In this document: one piece after another, positions 27,536 through 42,963 of the stretch
Numbering within the stretch: the stretch's first letter is position 1
Layout: each line of letters opens with the position of its first letter
Source: Lama guanicoe
Taxonomy: Eukaryota
NCBI GenBank assembly: GCA_013239625.1
Contig: MU053557.1
Location: 3,378,123 to 3,442,122 of the forward strand
DNA: 64,000 nucleotides
Direction of reading: 5' to 3'
The notes under the pieces: generated by a model
Databases searched by the model: none
What the model was told of the DNA's origin: nothing
What the model saw: only the letters and a program-made list of their open reading frames with translations
Made by a program: the position numbers and the translations under genes

Positions 27536-29574
27536 GAGCTAGAAAGGGAGTTGAAGAACCAGTTCCGTCACCGCCTTCTGTGACTCTGGGTGACTGCTTT
27601 ACCTCTCCCAGCCTCAGTTTCCTCATCTGTAAAATGTACACAGCAACAATGCTCCCCTGAGAGAATGGTAGCGAGGATGAAAGGAGATAACAGAATTATA
27701 AAACTTAAGGTGTCTGCCACAAACTAACTGCCCAAAAAATAACACACGCATACTTAGGAAGTAGACACTACTATGATCCCATTTAACAGATGAGTAAAGG
27801 AAGACACAGAAGGATTTCATAACCTGCTCAGGGGCACTCAGGTGCGAGGTGAATGCTGGGATGCTGTCAGGAGGAAATGCACTTCTTACAGAGTGTGACA
27901 GACAGTAAACATTTAATAAAGTACAGCATTTATGACTCTGCTCTGCCTGCAATGGGTTTTGCAAATGTCAATGGGATGATTCGTCTTTCTGGAAAAATGA
28001 GTAATGCCCCATCACTCCAAAGGTTTCACTCTTCAACGAGTCCACTCCCCAGTGGCTAAATTGTCATTTTATCATCATAGCCTTGGAGCCAAACCGACAG
28101 TGGGAATTCACATGCCGGCATTGTTCATATTCTCTCTCTTAAAGCCTGGGCCTTTGGAAACACAATTGTATTTATTTTAATAAAACTGCTGTATGACTTG
28201 TTTCCTTGCTAAATTCCCTTTGCTCTTTGGGGAAGTGTAGCTGACAGGCGGTGAGGCTTTGCTGTAGCCCCTGTGCTGGGACTGTAATTAACTGCCAGGG
28301 AGAGAGGAGGCTGGGGAGGGTGGCAGCAGAGGGGAGGGTGAGGGCAGTGCTTTTATTCAAGTCTGGCTTCTAGTTTCTTGTCAGAGGAAGAGGAGATTAC
28401 GCCTGCCCTGCTGGCTTAGACCCTGGATAAACAGGCAGCTCTGTCCATGTTTGAGAGCTACCCCTTTTAAAAGGCTTGAATGTGTGGAAATTGGCAGTGT
28501 GGGGTCTGCAGGGCCTGTTTCTTTAAAATCTCACGAGTTGGCTCTCTGTAAATCAGCAGCAGGGCATGGTTCCCAGTCTCCAGACAGACAGGCTTCTCCC
28601 TAGGAATGTAGTTTGTCATTCTGTTGTTACTACAATTAAAGGAGTCTGCTTCCCTTGAAATGTTACGTTGCCCCAAGGAAAGTTAAAACCAGTGAAACGT
28701 TCAGAGACTGTCAACCTGGCAGGAATCACAGAGTGAAGTGTTTGTCAACACGCAGGTGAAGAACCCTCTCCCTGAAGGCTGCCTGGACTGTTTGCTGGGG
28801 TTGCAGTGCTGGTCCTCCACCTGCCTACTTTATCAGAATCCTTGGCTTGTAGGCCCAGGGATCTCAGTTTTTAATAAGTTCCCTCAGGTTATTCTAGTAC
28901 ACAGTGATGCTTGAGAGACACAGACATGGAAAAACAGGTTCAGTCATCTGAATTACAGATTGGGAAATGGAGACACTGAAATTCATCCCCGAGGAGAGAG
29001 AAAGACCATATTCTGGTCTTCTGACTCCCACACAGCAGTTTTCGGCTTTGTCTTTTGTTTTTGTTTTATAACATCACGTTCCTTTTAGCTTCATGGATAA
29101 TAAAAAATTTCCTTCACAAACTTTACATTGGGGTCTGGCTATCCGAGGTCAAGGCTTAGCTGAGACCCGAGGCCAGGAGTTTTGGCCAATCCAAGCTTTA
29201 TTATTGCTGAAACCAGGAGACATAGATTTGGGAGAAAATAACTGACCACAATTTAATGGTAAGGTCAAGGAAGAAGAGGTTGATTAAAAAGAGGAAGCAG
29301 ATCTGCTGGTTTGTGATGTGCAGCTTGATGGCAAGAACATCTCTTTACTGCACAGATTTAACTCTTTAAGGCTACTTTCTGCTGACTTGGTTGAGTCTGG
29401 ATTGCAGGGAGCAAAAAATGTCTTATGCCTGTCGGGTATTTCCAAATGCCTTCCTCAGACTATCAAAGTGGAGGAGGTAAGGCCGGGAGAATGGGCAGGT
29501 CCGAGATGTGAAAGGTGTACTCGCACGTGTGCCGGTGGGTCTTTGAAGGATTTAAGTGGGACGCTGCCATGACC

Positions 29575-29750
29575 TCAGACTACAAAATAAGCTACGAGGA
29601 TACATTGTACAACACAGGGAATATAGCCAATTTTTTATAATAACTGTAAAAGGACATAACCTTTAAAACTATGAGTCACTATACTGCACACTTGCAACTT
29701 CTATAATATTGTACATCAACTATATTTCAATAAACACAAGACAAAACAAA
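29575..29750 (+). mobile_element. L1 3' end fragment
   Basis: ttgtacaacacagggaatatagccaa...ataatattgtacatcaactatatttcaataaa. Confidence 0.75.
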
Positions 29751-30566
29751 ATGTTTTCCTTATCCATGACCCTGTTTGATATCCACACCACACGGGTAAG
29801 TATTAGCACTTACTCATTTAAGGCATGAGACCCAGAGAAGTAAAGAGACTTTCCCAAGTCTAGTTAGCAACAGACTCAAGTGTACAGCATATTAGAAGGA
29901 ATATTCCTACGAATAGTTTTTGTTACCAGTCACCATGTGCCAGGCAGCTCTCTGAGCATTCAACATGAATCTTTTATTCCTCCTTACTCCTTTCTGCACT
30001 TGTCTCATTGAAACCTCATCACACCTCTACAGGATAGTAGTATGTTACTGTCGAAGAAACTGAGATGTAAGCAAGGAATCACCTTTTAGTCATTCCCCTG
30101 CTCAGTCAACAAATATATGTTGAGCTTTCCAGTTCTGGACATTTATTTAGGCTCTAGGGATACAGAGGGGAGGTGAGACTCTGCTGTCATGGAGAGGACA
30201 CTTGGGAGAGAGAAGCCCGAAATAAGTAAATAAACATAAAAACTGCTATGAAATGAACTGCGAAGAGGCCAGAGGGAGTGTGGGCCTGGGAAGGGCTCTG
30301 TTTTCAGAGTCTGTGGTCAGATGGGTGGGACTCAGGCTGACACCTGAAGTGGGTGAGGAAGGGGAGGAAGGGAAGAACAAGGGCAGAGGCCCCAGTGTGA
30401 CCAATGTGTCTCTCCTGGTGCAGTGAAGAGGCTGACGCTGAGTGAGCGGGGTGGGAACCTGTGACTGAGAGGAAGCAAGCCTTTGGAGGTTCTGAGCAGC
30501 GGAGGGACTCATTTTAGAAAGGTTGCTTTAAATGCCCCTGGGGGAGTAACTACAGAGGACGCGTTA

Positions 30567-31098
<532 letters not shown>

Positions 31099-32007
31099 CT
31101 GGGGAGAGGCAGAGACGGCGGTTACTCTGCGACCCAGGCCTGGACCAAGCGCCCAGCGGTCCCTCAGCCTGCGCTGCCCTCCTGGGGGCTCCCGTCGGCG
31201 TGGCGCCCGGCCACTCGGCACGTGGACGACAGCCGGCTCTCCAAAGGGCTGGTCAGGTCATGTCAACGTCCCGCTTAAAATCCTTCAAAGACCCACGGAC
31301 ACACATGCGAGTACACCTTCACATCTCGGACCTGCCCATTCTCCCGGCCTTACCTCCTCCACTTTGCTCGCTTGTATCCTGCCCATGGGGAATGTCCTGT
31401 AATTCTCTGATTCTTCCTCTCTTCCCATGAGGACTTTCTTACTGGCTTCATTGTTCTCCATTCTCTGCCCAGCCTCCTCACATGGTCCCCTGTGTACCCC
31501 TCATCCTCACACACTGCCACACACACACTTTAGTCCGACTAACTTGTGTGGCTCCTTCAGGTCTCTGCTGGCATATAGGTTCCTCCTGGAAGCCACCCTT
31601 CCCCCCGCATTATTACCTGCCCTTGTTATTTAAGTGCGGTCACCTCCATGAATCTGTAAGCTTTGTGAGGGCAGGAGTGTGCTGTTCATAGTTATAATTT
31701 GCTTCTCAGAATCCATGATAAGACCTGGGACATCCGGGTACCTTAATTAGTATTTGTGAAAGGAAATCACCTATGTGATGACCTATGGTCACCCCATAGA
31801 GAGCCCCAACTTTAAGAAAATTCAATATATAAAGACCTAGAATTATACAATGGATAAACTGTGAGAAGTGGGAGTTAATCATACTGGGTTAATTGGGTCA
31901 CAAACTTATTCATTTAGTCAATATTGTTAGAGTTCCTTCTGTAAGTCGTGCGAAGTATAGTATGTTGAAATTGAAAATGTTCCAAGGCAAAAACAACAAA
32001 CCTTTCT

Positions 32008-32037
32008 CTACCTACCTACCTACCTACCTACCTACCT
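32008..32037. repeat. (CTAC)n microsatellite
   Basis: About 7 units. Confidence 0.9.
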
Positions 32038-33239
32038 GTCTTCATCATAATCACCATCATCTAGCTGATAACTGCCTTTAAAAACATAAACACTAGTCTT
32101 TTTAAAAATATAGACAAGAATTTCTCCTTCCCATGGGGTGAGTAAGGAAGTCTCCCTGAAGATGGTGTGAGTAGGATGGTAACAGATGGAGAAAAGGTGA
32201 AGCAACTTGCCTAAAAGAAATGGCTGGTGCTGAGATACAGCAAAGAGAAAGTGTAGTAACTACTTTAGGGGGAAATGGGGGCCTGATTTATTACAACCCA
32301 GGATCTGGTTGATGGGCACTAATGCTGGAAAGGATGCCTGGAAATGATAGATTCTAGGAGATATGGTATTCCATCCTTAGAATTTTGGAATTTTTTTTTT
32401 AAAGCAAGTAGCAAGGAAGCTGTTGAAGTTCTTGGCAGCTGGATGTCCTAACAGAGCAGTGGTTACTCTGGTGGCAGAGCAGGGAGAGAATGGAGACACA
32501 GAGACCAGACAAAAGACTACTGAACTTGCCAAGGTGAAGGACGATGTTGCCTTCATCAGAACAGTAGTAAGAGAAGAGAAAAAAGGAGATATGTCTTGAT
32601 TTATAAATTCTTAAATGTGTCATAGGAATAAGGAGGTAAAAATATAAACACTAAACTGTTAAAATCAATGCAAAAAACATGACAAGATAAAGAAGATGTT
32701 ACAGAGTTTCTCATGCATCCTTTCAGAAAATTGGGTAATTGCGTATCTCTAGGTGCTTCAGTCCAGAACTAAAGGGAATTCCTACTGATCACACATATGT
32801 TCCAGCAGCTGCTGCTCTATCAAGACCCCTGGTATTCAGCCTTGAGAACCACGCTGGGATCCTGGGCATTCCCTCATGAGCACTGAGGCTGTGCTCTTTG
32901 GAGAGGGTCCCTAGGGGAAGGGGACAGGGAAAGGTTATGAGGTAGGATCAGCCTGTCTCCAGCAGTCACGGAACTGTCCACAATATTCCCCTCTAGACTA
33001 GATGCTGAAGTTGTCCTTCATTCTTGTTCTGCAAATGTTGCCACATCATGAAAGTGTATGGCTGGGAGATTTCTGGGGGGCTACCACTCTTTGCTTTTAG
33101 AATTGAAATGAATTCAACAATCATTTATTGAAAATTTGTATGACAAACACCACTACGCACAAAGATAAATAAGACAGCACTTTAACTCCGAGCGGGTTCT
33201 GGGTGAGTAAACTCTCACGTATACGGTTAACAGGTTTCT

Positions 33240-33680
33240 CTTCCTCTGGTCAATCTCCAGATGTTGCTGGTCCCCAGGGCTTCTTCCAGGTTATCTCTAC
33301 TGCCCCACCTACAGGGTTGTGACTCCCAGTTTTATATCCATAGCCCTGACCATTTCCCAGACCCGTCTTATACATTCAACTGTTTCTTTACCAAATCCAC
33401 TTGGATATCTGATTGGCACCTCAAACCTAGCATAGCTAATGCACATGTCTTTTTCACTAGTCCCTCAAAAACCCTGCCTTCCCCAGGTTTTCCCATATCA
33501 GTAAGTGGCACCAGCACATGCCCAGTTGTTCCAGATCTAAGCTTAAAAGTCACTCTTTCTTTTTTTTTCTCAATCCTTTATTTCTCTTATCTGGTCCACT
33601 AAGAAGTCCTATTTGTTTTACCTATAAAATATGACTCAGTGTGGTCAACTTCTCTTAAACTCCTCTGATGCTGTCACAGC
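33240..33680 (+). mobile_element. L2 LINE fragment
   Basis: tgactcccagttttatatcc...ccacttggatatctgattggcacctcaaacctagcat. Confidence 0.65.
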
Positions 33681-34827
33681 ATAGGGGAAAGATGGAAAAG
33701 CTCTGGGAAAAGCCTGAGTCACTTCCTAACCATGTTGTCCTCTTGAGTGAAGCAAATGGCAGAGGAAGGAGCTGGAGAAAAACTTGGAGCCACAAATTGA
33801 TGCATGTAGAGAAGGTTGTGAACGGGAGAAGACAGACCCGGGGTTAGATTTCCCAGGTTCCACCATGATCGATAATTAAATTTAATTCATAACAACTCAA
33901 TTTCATTATGGGAGAAATGGAGAAACATGGCAGCACTTGGATCTAAGTGTAATAATAATAAAAGCTTACAGTGACCGACTGCCACAAGCCCGTCACTGGA
34001 TTCAGAGCTTAACATACAGCTCTCATCTAATCTTCACTAAAAAACCAGAGGACATACAATGATTCACAGAAAGATTAGGTAACTTGCCTAAGGTGACTGA
34101 GTGGATAGGTGCTGAGGCTCAGATTCAAATCCAAGGGTTTGAAACTGAGAGCCAAGCTGTACACCCCGGGCTGCCCTGCCTTATACTGCATTTTAGAAAG
34201 GTAACTCTGGCAGCTTGACAGAGGCTGAGTTATTAAGTAGGGAAAGACTGGAGGCAGGCAATCCGTGAGTCTGCTTCAACGGTCGGAGAGGCCACGGCCC
34301 CGGGGATGAAAAAGGAGGTGGCAACTCTGATACGTGGAGGCTTTGATAGAATCATGTCCTACTTTTCAGTATTATTAAATTCTTCTCTCCCATTGTAAAT
34401 AACGAATACCAGCTCTCTGAAGTTGCTTGCAGCAAAAATATGCAAAGCAACAGCCGTGTTTTACATTTTACTTTATAATCCTTTCCAAAAAATACAAAAT
34501 ATGTGCCTGACTTCGTGTATTTTCAGCCTGGGAATTACTGTGAACTTAGTCCCATAAGGCTGGAAAAAAAGAATAGGATTAATAAATTAGTAACGTGCTC
34601 AGGAGAGGAAAAAAGCATCATAGGAAGTTAAGGATAGAATCAATTTATAGATACCTTAAGGTAACCAGCTGCTTATAAGTATGGTCCTATATACGCCTCT
34701 GCTGGAAGGCAATCTTCCAGAGTCTTTCCCATTTGTGATGGCTGTCTGGTGATCGCACGAATTCTCATACATAATTTCACCGAAATGCTTCTTCTGCCTT
34801 GTGCTGCCCACCAACCCTCCCTTTGTG

Positions 34828-35265
34828 GACAGCTTTGTTGAAATATAATTCACATAGCATAAAATTCATACTTATAAAGTGTATAATTCAGTGGTTTTTA
34901 GCATATTCACAACATTGCACAACCATTACCCCAATCAGTTTCAGAGCCTTTCATCATGCCGAAGAGAAAACCCATACCTATTAGCAGTCATTTCCTATCC
35001 CCCACCAAACTTACCCAGCCCAGGCAATCACTCATCTACTCTTTGTCTCTATAGATTAGTCTCTTCTGGATATTTGGTGTAAATGGAATTATACAATATG
35101 TGGATTTTTTTTTTTTGGTAACTGGCTTCTTCCACTTTAGAATAGTATTTCTAAAGTTCATCCTTACTATAGCATGTATCAGTATTTCATTTCTTTTTAT
35201 TGCTGAATAATAGTCCATTGGGGAGATAAAACTGAATTTTTTTTTCTCCATTCATCAGTTGAGGC
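34828..35265 (-). mobile_element. Old L1 (L1MB-like) 3' UTR
   Basis: acagctttgttgaaatataattcacatagc...gtataattcagtggtttttagcatattcac...ttgctgaataatagtccattg. Confidence 0.8.
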
Positions 35266-35777
35266 ACACTTGTGCTGCTTTTGCTAAAGCAGTTTGAGGT
35301 CAACCTTCCAGAGAAGCTGCCAGCCATGCAGAGAGACACCACCCCTTTCAGGAGGGTGCTCCAGAGCATGAAGGAGTGCTTGAAGGTATCACTGCATGCA
35401 GATAGAATGTTTCTGGGCCACCCTCAGAGGCCTCATCACTGATAATGTCTGATGTAGCAGACGATCTGGAGGAGGGACATAAGCCTTATTTAACTGAGGG
35501 CCAATCCTGAGGGTGAAGAGAGGAGAAGGGAGCTTCACAACTTAAAACACTTGAAGGAATTTTAAGCGAGGGCTAGGTTTCCAGCTCTTAGCTGCCCTGA
35601 TGGCAATGCTAGCCCCCGGCAAAGCAGTGAGGCACTAAAGGTGTGACTTTTAGCATATCCTTCTGGTCCTACTGTGTCCTTAATCAGGTACCTCCCACAG
35701 CCACCAAGGCTGAGGATCACTGCTTGAGAGCCAACCTTAATGCAGGAATATATTATCAATGGAAGAGTTATAGCCAT

Positions 35778-35802
35778 CATTCATTCATTCATTCATTCAT
35801 TC
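35778..35802. repeat. (CATT)n microsatellite
   Basis: About 6 units. Confidence 0.85.
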
Positions 35803-37664
35803 AATAGACATAGACTGAGAAGGACATACAGTGTAGTGTTGAGAGTAGAGCTCCCCAAATCTTTGGTCTGGTTGTGTTAAAAATCTACTCAGGAGCTTTA
35901 GTGGTTGGAGCTCCATTCTGGAGATTCTGATATAGTAGTTGCTGGGTGATTCTCATGCACAGGCATCTTTGACAACTCCTGACTAAGAGTATGGGCTATG
36001 GAAACCGACTACACTTCAATTAAAAAAGAAAAAAAGGGAAAAAAAAAGAGTATAAAGTCAGACAGACGTGAGTTTAAATTCTACCTATGTAGTTAGTAGA
36101 TGCAATACAGATCTTGGATAAATCATTAGTTCTCTAGGTCTCAATATTCCTCATCTCTAAAATGGGTGTGAGAGGAATGGAAATATATAGAACTATGGCA
36201 TTGGATTGTTTGACAATTATACAAAAAATGTAAGGGATACTCTCACACAGCTCAGGACACATGAGAGCACAATTTATTGAGTACTTTCAATTCTGACTAC
36301 TGGCTAAGGTGGTGGAGACACAAAAGCCTATAGGTGCTGTCCTCAGGGTGCTTAAATTGAGTAAGAATGACAGGGGATACACAAAAATCATGACAATTCA
36401 AGTGTCACGCTGTGGAAGACCTCAAATATTAAAAAGCCATTCTTATTCTTGGTTCTCTAAGACTCATCTAGGCATTGGCACAAAACCCCTGAGAGAGAAA
36501 CTGCAGAGAGTGGGGAGTGACGTTAACACGAGCAGACGAAGTTTCTTTTCTTCCCCACCGTGATTTCTCCCTGGGTATCACTTCTGGAGACCAGAAGTAG
36601 GATGCTGCGTTTGAAGTAATCTTGGAATCATCTGTTCCCAGCTGTAGCCCTTTTATGTCCTTCAGAGTATCAGGAACCTGAGCATCTATTTTTTACAACA
36701 GAATGTCCAGGTTTAAACATTTCCATTCAGCATTATTCTTTTTTAAAGACACACACACTTCAAGATTAAAATCAAGAAATCAGAAACATTTATTAAATAA
36801 ATTCATCAGTATTTAAATATGATGAATCTACTCTTTAGATCTTAGGTTACACCCTTGGTTGCATAGTCTGCCCAAGAGAGTAAAAATACCCTAGAAATCC
36901 TAATATGATGTCCATCTAACTTTCTACTGCCCCTGGTATCCTAATATACCACGCAATTCTTTATCAGAAATGTGGCCACATATTTGGTCAAGAAAATATA
37001 ACCACTATTTATTGGGCAATGTTCTTGGTTTTTTGTAGATGTTAAAAACTGTGAGCATCGTTCCTACTTCCTACCCTGCAAGAGGAAACAAACATCTGTA
37101 AAAAAGAAATTCTAGGAAGCAGTGAATAATATAGTTGGTAAATGCTGTGGGAGGAGCTTTAGAAAGGACTGAGACCATGAAGCCAACAGAGAAGGTGGCA
37201 CGTGAGCTCAGCCTGAATGATGCTACCTGCTTCACTGAGTTCTTATTCTGGGCCAGGCTCTGTGCTAGGAACACTGACTTCAAGTACACAAACTTATCGC
37301 AATGAACTACCCCAATCAACCCCTTCAGATATGTACTCTTATTATTTTTTTAGATAAGAAAACTGAAACTCAGAAAAGTTAATTAACTGGAAAAAAGGTA
37401 CACAGCTTTGAAATGGCAGAGCCACAACTCAAATACACATCTGTCAGTCTCCAAAGCTTCTTAGCTATGAGAACACTTATTTGAAGAAAGGGCAGGATTC
37501 AGCACTGGCTGTGAGTAGGCTAAAGAGATGACAGAGGCATAAAAACATCAGCTGGGGGCTTACAGAAAAGAATCATGGAATGTAGTGGTTAGTTTAGGAG
37601 ATGAAATCGAAAAAAATTGGTTTGAATCAAACTTCCTAGCTGTATATACTTGATAAATTAATTA

Positions 37665-37920
37665 AACTTATGGTTACCAAAGGGGAAAGGGAGGAGGAGG
37701 GATAAATTAGGAGTCAGGGCTTAGCAGATACAAACTACTGTATGTAAAACAGATAAACAACAAGGTCCTAACACATAGCACAGGGAACTACATTCAGTAT
37801 TTTGTAATCACCTATAATAAAAAAGAATATATACACATATAACTGAATCACTATGTTGTACACCAGACACTAATACAATGTTATAAATCAACTAACCATC
37901 AATAAAAACAAATAAATAAG
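37665..37920 (+). mobile_element. Cetartiodactyl-type L1 3' end
   Basis: tatggttaccaaaggggaaagg...gggataaattaggag...acagataaacaacaaggtccta...tagcacagggaacta. Confidence 0.82.
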
Positions 37921-40900
37921 TAAACTCGCTAAACATCTGTTCCCTTACTGTAAAATGGAAAAAGGGATATATTTACTTCACTGAGCTCGTGCAAGGAAAA
38001 AAATGAACTAAAGTGTGTATATGATTAAAAATTATTATTATTATCATTGTTATTATTTTTCCAGGACCAAACTATCCACAGAAAGCCAGCTGAGATTTTA
38101 ATGGAAGAAGAAATGATTTATCATGCTTTTGTATTAAAAGATGGACCGGAAAAAGCATAGAGATCCCTGAAAAGACTAAAGCAATTCATGCTTATGCTTT
38201 TGGCGAAATGAGACCTGCATCGGCAGGGTCAGTACTCCCAGGAGTCTTGGCTTTGTAGCTGGTTCTGCCCTAAGCTATAAGCTGAATAAAGTCGTTATTA
38301 ATCTTAAGAGTTTCCAATAAGGCTGTTGCCTCTGAGCTATGATTTGAAAAGCAACTGTAATATCAAAGAGCTAGAGTGCACGTGTATGAAGCTAAATTCT
38401 GCAACACTTCTCCATAATTAACATTTGGCGATGCCCACTCCACCAAAGCCTTGCTAGCTTCTCTCAGCCCTTCTCCCTCTTCCAAAGATGATGCTACAGT
38501 CAGATGTTGCCAGTGTTTGAAACAAATGAATTAAACTTACTTTATTCCTGGTGACCTGCAGAGACATGTTAAATCCTTCTTTATGCAGGAAAAAAGTCTC
38601 CCTGGGCATCCATGAACTTGACACAGCAATTGAATACAAAGGAGGGGAGCTGCTATTTAAGCCCACCCAACTCCAGAGTTCCAGTTTCCCTGTATAAAGG
38701 GAATGTGGTGGTTGGGCTGTGGGGTCAAAAGTCTTTTAACCCTTTACCCACCTCTTGGAAGAAAATGAGTCTCAAATGCTAACATCCAACATGGTAGCAA
38801 CTATGAATTTTCAGCATTGTCAGGGGCAAGCTAGTATGGCATTTTATGTTAGTTTCTCCCTCTCCTATTCTTCCACCGACTTGCCTTTGATATCACATAA
38901 TAGCAATTATTTTATTATTACAAATTATTTAGTCAACATGTTCAATTTTTCATATGAAAGAATGCTTTATGAATGGAACCAAAGTTGATTATTCCTGATG
39001 GATTTATTTTTTAGATCTCAGGTTTAAATCTTTGTATTAGAAATATACTCCATGAAATGTAAGTAAGAGAGCTCTCAGCACGCGTACAAGAGACATCTAA
39101 CCTCTCTAAGGGGGGCTGTCAGGAAGGTTTGGTAGAAGTGATGCCTAAATTACCATACAAAGCAGGTTGGATTCCTCCAGAACTAATCTACTCTGCAAAC
39201 TTTGCTCATGCAGTTCCTTGTTTGGCTTCTATTTTCCCTCCTACTCATCTTTTAGAGGCCAGATCCAATGCCTTCTCATATCACTTTCCTTCACACCTCC
39301 TCACCATTTCCTGGGCGGAATAAATTATTCCCTCATCTGGGTTTCCATTCTCACTTTAAAGACATTTCTTGTAATATTCGCCACTCATTCCTTACTTTGT
39401 TGATTCATCAATTTGCAATATATATGAAACCTCTGGAGTTGGGGGGTGTCTGTGCTAAGCAAGAGAGAGGGTCCCTGTCCTTCCCAGTGGAAGAATCTGC
39501 AATTTCATCCAGCGTGGTAACTGCACACGTGATGGGAAATGGGAACCACAGGCATGTGGGTGGGTCAGGAAAGACTCCTTAGGAAAAGTGACATATAACA
39601 AGGATCTGTCAGATGAAAAAGAATCAGCCAGCTAAGGATTAGAGCAGGAAAAAAGAACTTTCCAGGGAGGAGCGCTGAATAGGAAGGTCCAGGGGTAAAA
39701 AAAAGAATATAAATGATGCTCCGGATAAAAATATAGGCCAGAGTTTGAACAAATGGGAAAATTTCAAGAGATGAGCTTGGAGAAGCAGGCAGAGAGCAGC
39801 TAGGAGAGAAATGTATAAACTCTGTTAAGGGATGTGGACTTCGTCCCCCCAGCAATGTGTGGTCACCAGAGTTTCATAGCTGGGAATGCCTTGGTTACGT
39901 TTTGGCTTTAGTAACAGTCCTCTGGCAACAGAGGATGGAATGGACTAACGGGGTAAACACGGGTGCAGGAAGAACAGTTAGGAGGCTGTGGCCATGATTC
40001 ATTTACATTATAGTTACTCTTTACTATATGAGTCCCACTTAAGGGGAAAGCTGTCTCATTCATCTGTGTACTCAGAGTACCTGTCACAATGACCGCCATG
40101 AAGTTCAATTTAATTAACATTGGCCCAGATCCAAGAAACACACTGAGAATGAGAAACATATTTCACAATTTCAACAAAGATGATTTACAACAGAGTTCAT
40201 TATGGGACGTTTCTTTTACTTTGCGGAAGCCCTTTGCGGCTGTTTTGATTTTCAGGCACAGATTAAAGCTTGGTGTAACAGTTAAATCAACAATAATTTA
40301 AATACATTTTTATTTAAGCCATATTCGGAGGTCTCACGATCCTTGCTGCTGTGCCCCACAACCCAGGTGTCATTTCACGCAGCACTGAGTCAAGGCTTTT
40401 GTCTGGGTTTAGAAGGCATTCAGAGGGGTAGGTTTAGCAAAGTAAGTCACCAGAGCTACACATTCTTACTGTCCTTTCTTTCTAGATTGAAAGTATTTTA
40501 CAGCTACTGTAGAGTGAGGGGGACCAACTTCACTGGACTGGGGGAGAAGTTTCAATTCAGAAGGAGATGCTTGTGTATTCAAGGTCAGACAGAGAAGAAA
40601 TATGCTTCAGAGCCCCTGCCTGAAGCAGGCACTTGCTCTAGGCGTACGCTGTTATAAAAAACAAACCGGTGTGTAAAATTCAAGAAAAATGCCCAGATCA
40701 CTGGAGGGAGTGGGCTTCAGAGAAGTGTATTTATACGTGATAGCAAGCCCTTCCATTTTAGGTGTAAGTGAAGCACGTCTAACTTACGCTATCGTTTCCT
40801 TGGTGACTGCTTTCAAAGACCTTGAATTAAAAAAAAAATCATAAAAGCACCTTTGCAAAGTGTCAAACATGAGCAGAAATTTCTATATATAGGGGGTGAA

Positions 40901-41441
40901 TAATGTGTACCTGCTACTTAAAAAAAAAGGGGGGCAGGACAACTTCTTTATTAAGACTTACAAAGATCATTAACTGAGTAACAGCATATGAAGTTTGAAT
41001 ACACTACTTTTTGGATATATTACTTGGCTCTATTATAAAGAATTGCATTTAATTTCACACTACCAAAGAGAAATTGTCTATCAATATCTTCCCTATGTTA
41101 TAATATGTTACCTGGAGTAAAATAAATTACAGAATAATATAGATTATTATTTTATTATCATTTAGGATTCTGTTTTGAGTTTTGTCCCAGAGGCTAATGT
41201 TTAACTACATTTTTTTCCAATTGATGGGATCTTGGAAGCAAGACTGTGAGGTTGACCAATGAAAAGCAGTCAACCTAGCCCCACCATGTGGCCATACGTC
41301 ATAGGATCATCATTGCAAAAAGCAGATCAATAGCTATCTCTTGAACCATAATCATGTGCCGGGTGTTATGTGAGAGTTGAAGATGATACAACATGTACCT
41401 GCCAAACAAAGCTGCATATGCCATGTGCCAGAGGAATGAGG

Positions 41442-41443
<2 letters not shown>

Positions 41444-41483
<40 letters not shown>
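41444..41483. repeat. (AC)20 microsatellite
   Basis: Perfect AC run. Confidence 0.95.
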
Positions 41484-41486
<3 letters not shown>

Positions 41487-42854
41487 GGAGAACCAAAAGA
41501 ACAGAAGCACGAGGACAAGGACTATGTCTCTCTGGTTCCTTGTTTAATCTCAGTGCCCAGGGCCGTGCCAGGCACAAAGTACATTCTGAATAAATATTTC
41601 AGAATAAATAAGTGACTTCACCAAAGGAGAAGGCCTTACGGTTAAGGCTGGAACATGAAGGAGGAACAGGAGGGATTAAGGAAGGGCAGAAAGGTAGGAC
41701 AAGTGGAAGGTAAGTGTGGGGAATAAACTGCAGATTGCAATGTCCAATGTGGAAGGTTCATTCTGGGGAACCAATGGATGCGGAGCTAGAAAAAAAGGGG
41801 GGAGGGTAAATTATGAATGTCTTGACTGCCTGGATACTGATTTTACACTTTGTTTAAAACTTATTGAGAATCTGATAAATATTTTTAAGAGATAAGGCAT
41901 GGTGTAATTTTTTTAAAAGGAAGATTAATCTTGACTTCATGTGCCAGGCAGAATGAAACAGAAAGAAACCAGAGGTTAGAGATCCAGATAGGAATCCATT
42001 ACCAATGTTCAGATGTAGAGATGAATTTTGGATTAGGATGGAGAAGTGCCTTTTCCTTTCCTAATCAAAAGCAACTCTTATTCATCTCACATCATCATTT
42101 TCTTCATCATCACTCAACATCTTCTCTTTATTGAGCACCTAGTATCCACACATGTGCTGATCACTGGGAAGTAGTGAGAGAGAGATGGGAAGGTTGACGG
42201 TGATACCCAGTCCTTGTGTGCGGGACACTGGAAGAACGTGGGTGCCATCGACGAACTCACTCTGATGAAAGGAGTCATACATGCGCTCACAGGTAACAAG
42301 AGCTAATAATTTCAGGGTGCTTAGTATAGCTCAGGCACTGTGCTAAACGATATATATTCATTTCCTCATTTAATCTACAACATCGTAAGTATATAGATAA
42401 GGGGAAAAGCACCTAAAAAAGAAAAATGAGTTGTGCAATATCACTTAGTTAGTAAACAGCAAAGTTAGAATATAACACGGACAGTCTTACTGCAGAGTCT
42501 ATAAACTCAGCCATGATGCTATACCAGAGACACCCCCGTGTGTTTTTAGGGAAACCACATGTGAGGGGCAGAAATACTATCTGTTTATTATTGATTGGTT
42601 GACGGATTCGTCCACTTTCAAAATGTACTCCACAAGTTATCTGAAAACAATTTCCAAGCGTTTTATGGAAATAGACTTCCACAACATTTAAAATGAAGTA
42701 TACAGTACCTATGCGCACACACAGAAAGCTAGGTGTTCAGATAGCAATAGTTTTGAGTGTCAGATGGTAAGAGGTATTAATTTAAACTTAGTAAAGCTTT
42801 TCTTTCCCACACCCAAGACTTCTATAATAATTGTTGTATAATTTCTCTAGTCTG

Positions 42855-42963
42855 GGTGGGAGGGGAGTAGGTATATAGCTCAGTGGTAGAGCACATGCTT
42901 AGCATATATGAGGTCCTGGGTTCAATCCTCAGTACCTCCCTAAACAAATAAATAATAATAATA
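42855..42963 (+). mobile_element. tRNA-derived SINE, camelid vic-1 type
   Basis: A box tagctcagtggtag, B box ggttcaatcc, (AAT)n tail, 17-bp TSD with 2 mismatches (42838-54, 42964-80). Confidence 0.85.

Noticed and set aside
28300..28345. G-rich tract as a G-quadruplex or enhancer
   Set aside because: Needs a 10-nt loop to fit the motif and has no other support visible in the sequence
41299..41615. ORFs with HTHTHT / VCVCVC runs
   Set aside because: Translations of the (AC)n microsatellite
42855..42940. tRNA-like sequences here and at 51391 and 62532 as functional tRNA genes
   Set aside because: A-rich tails, TSDs and imperfect stems identify them as SINEs
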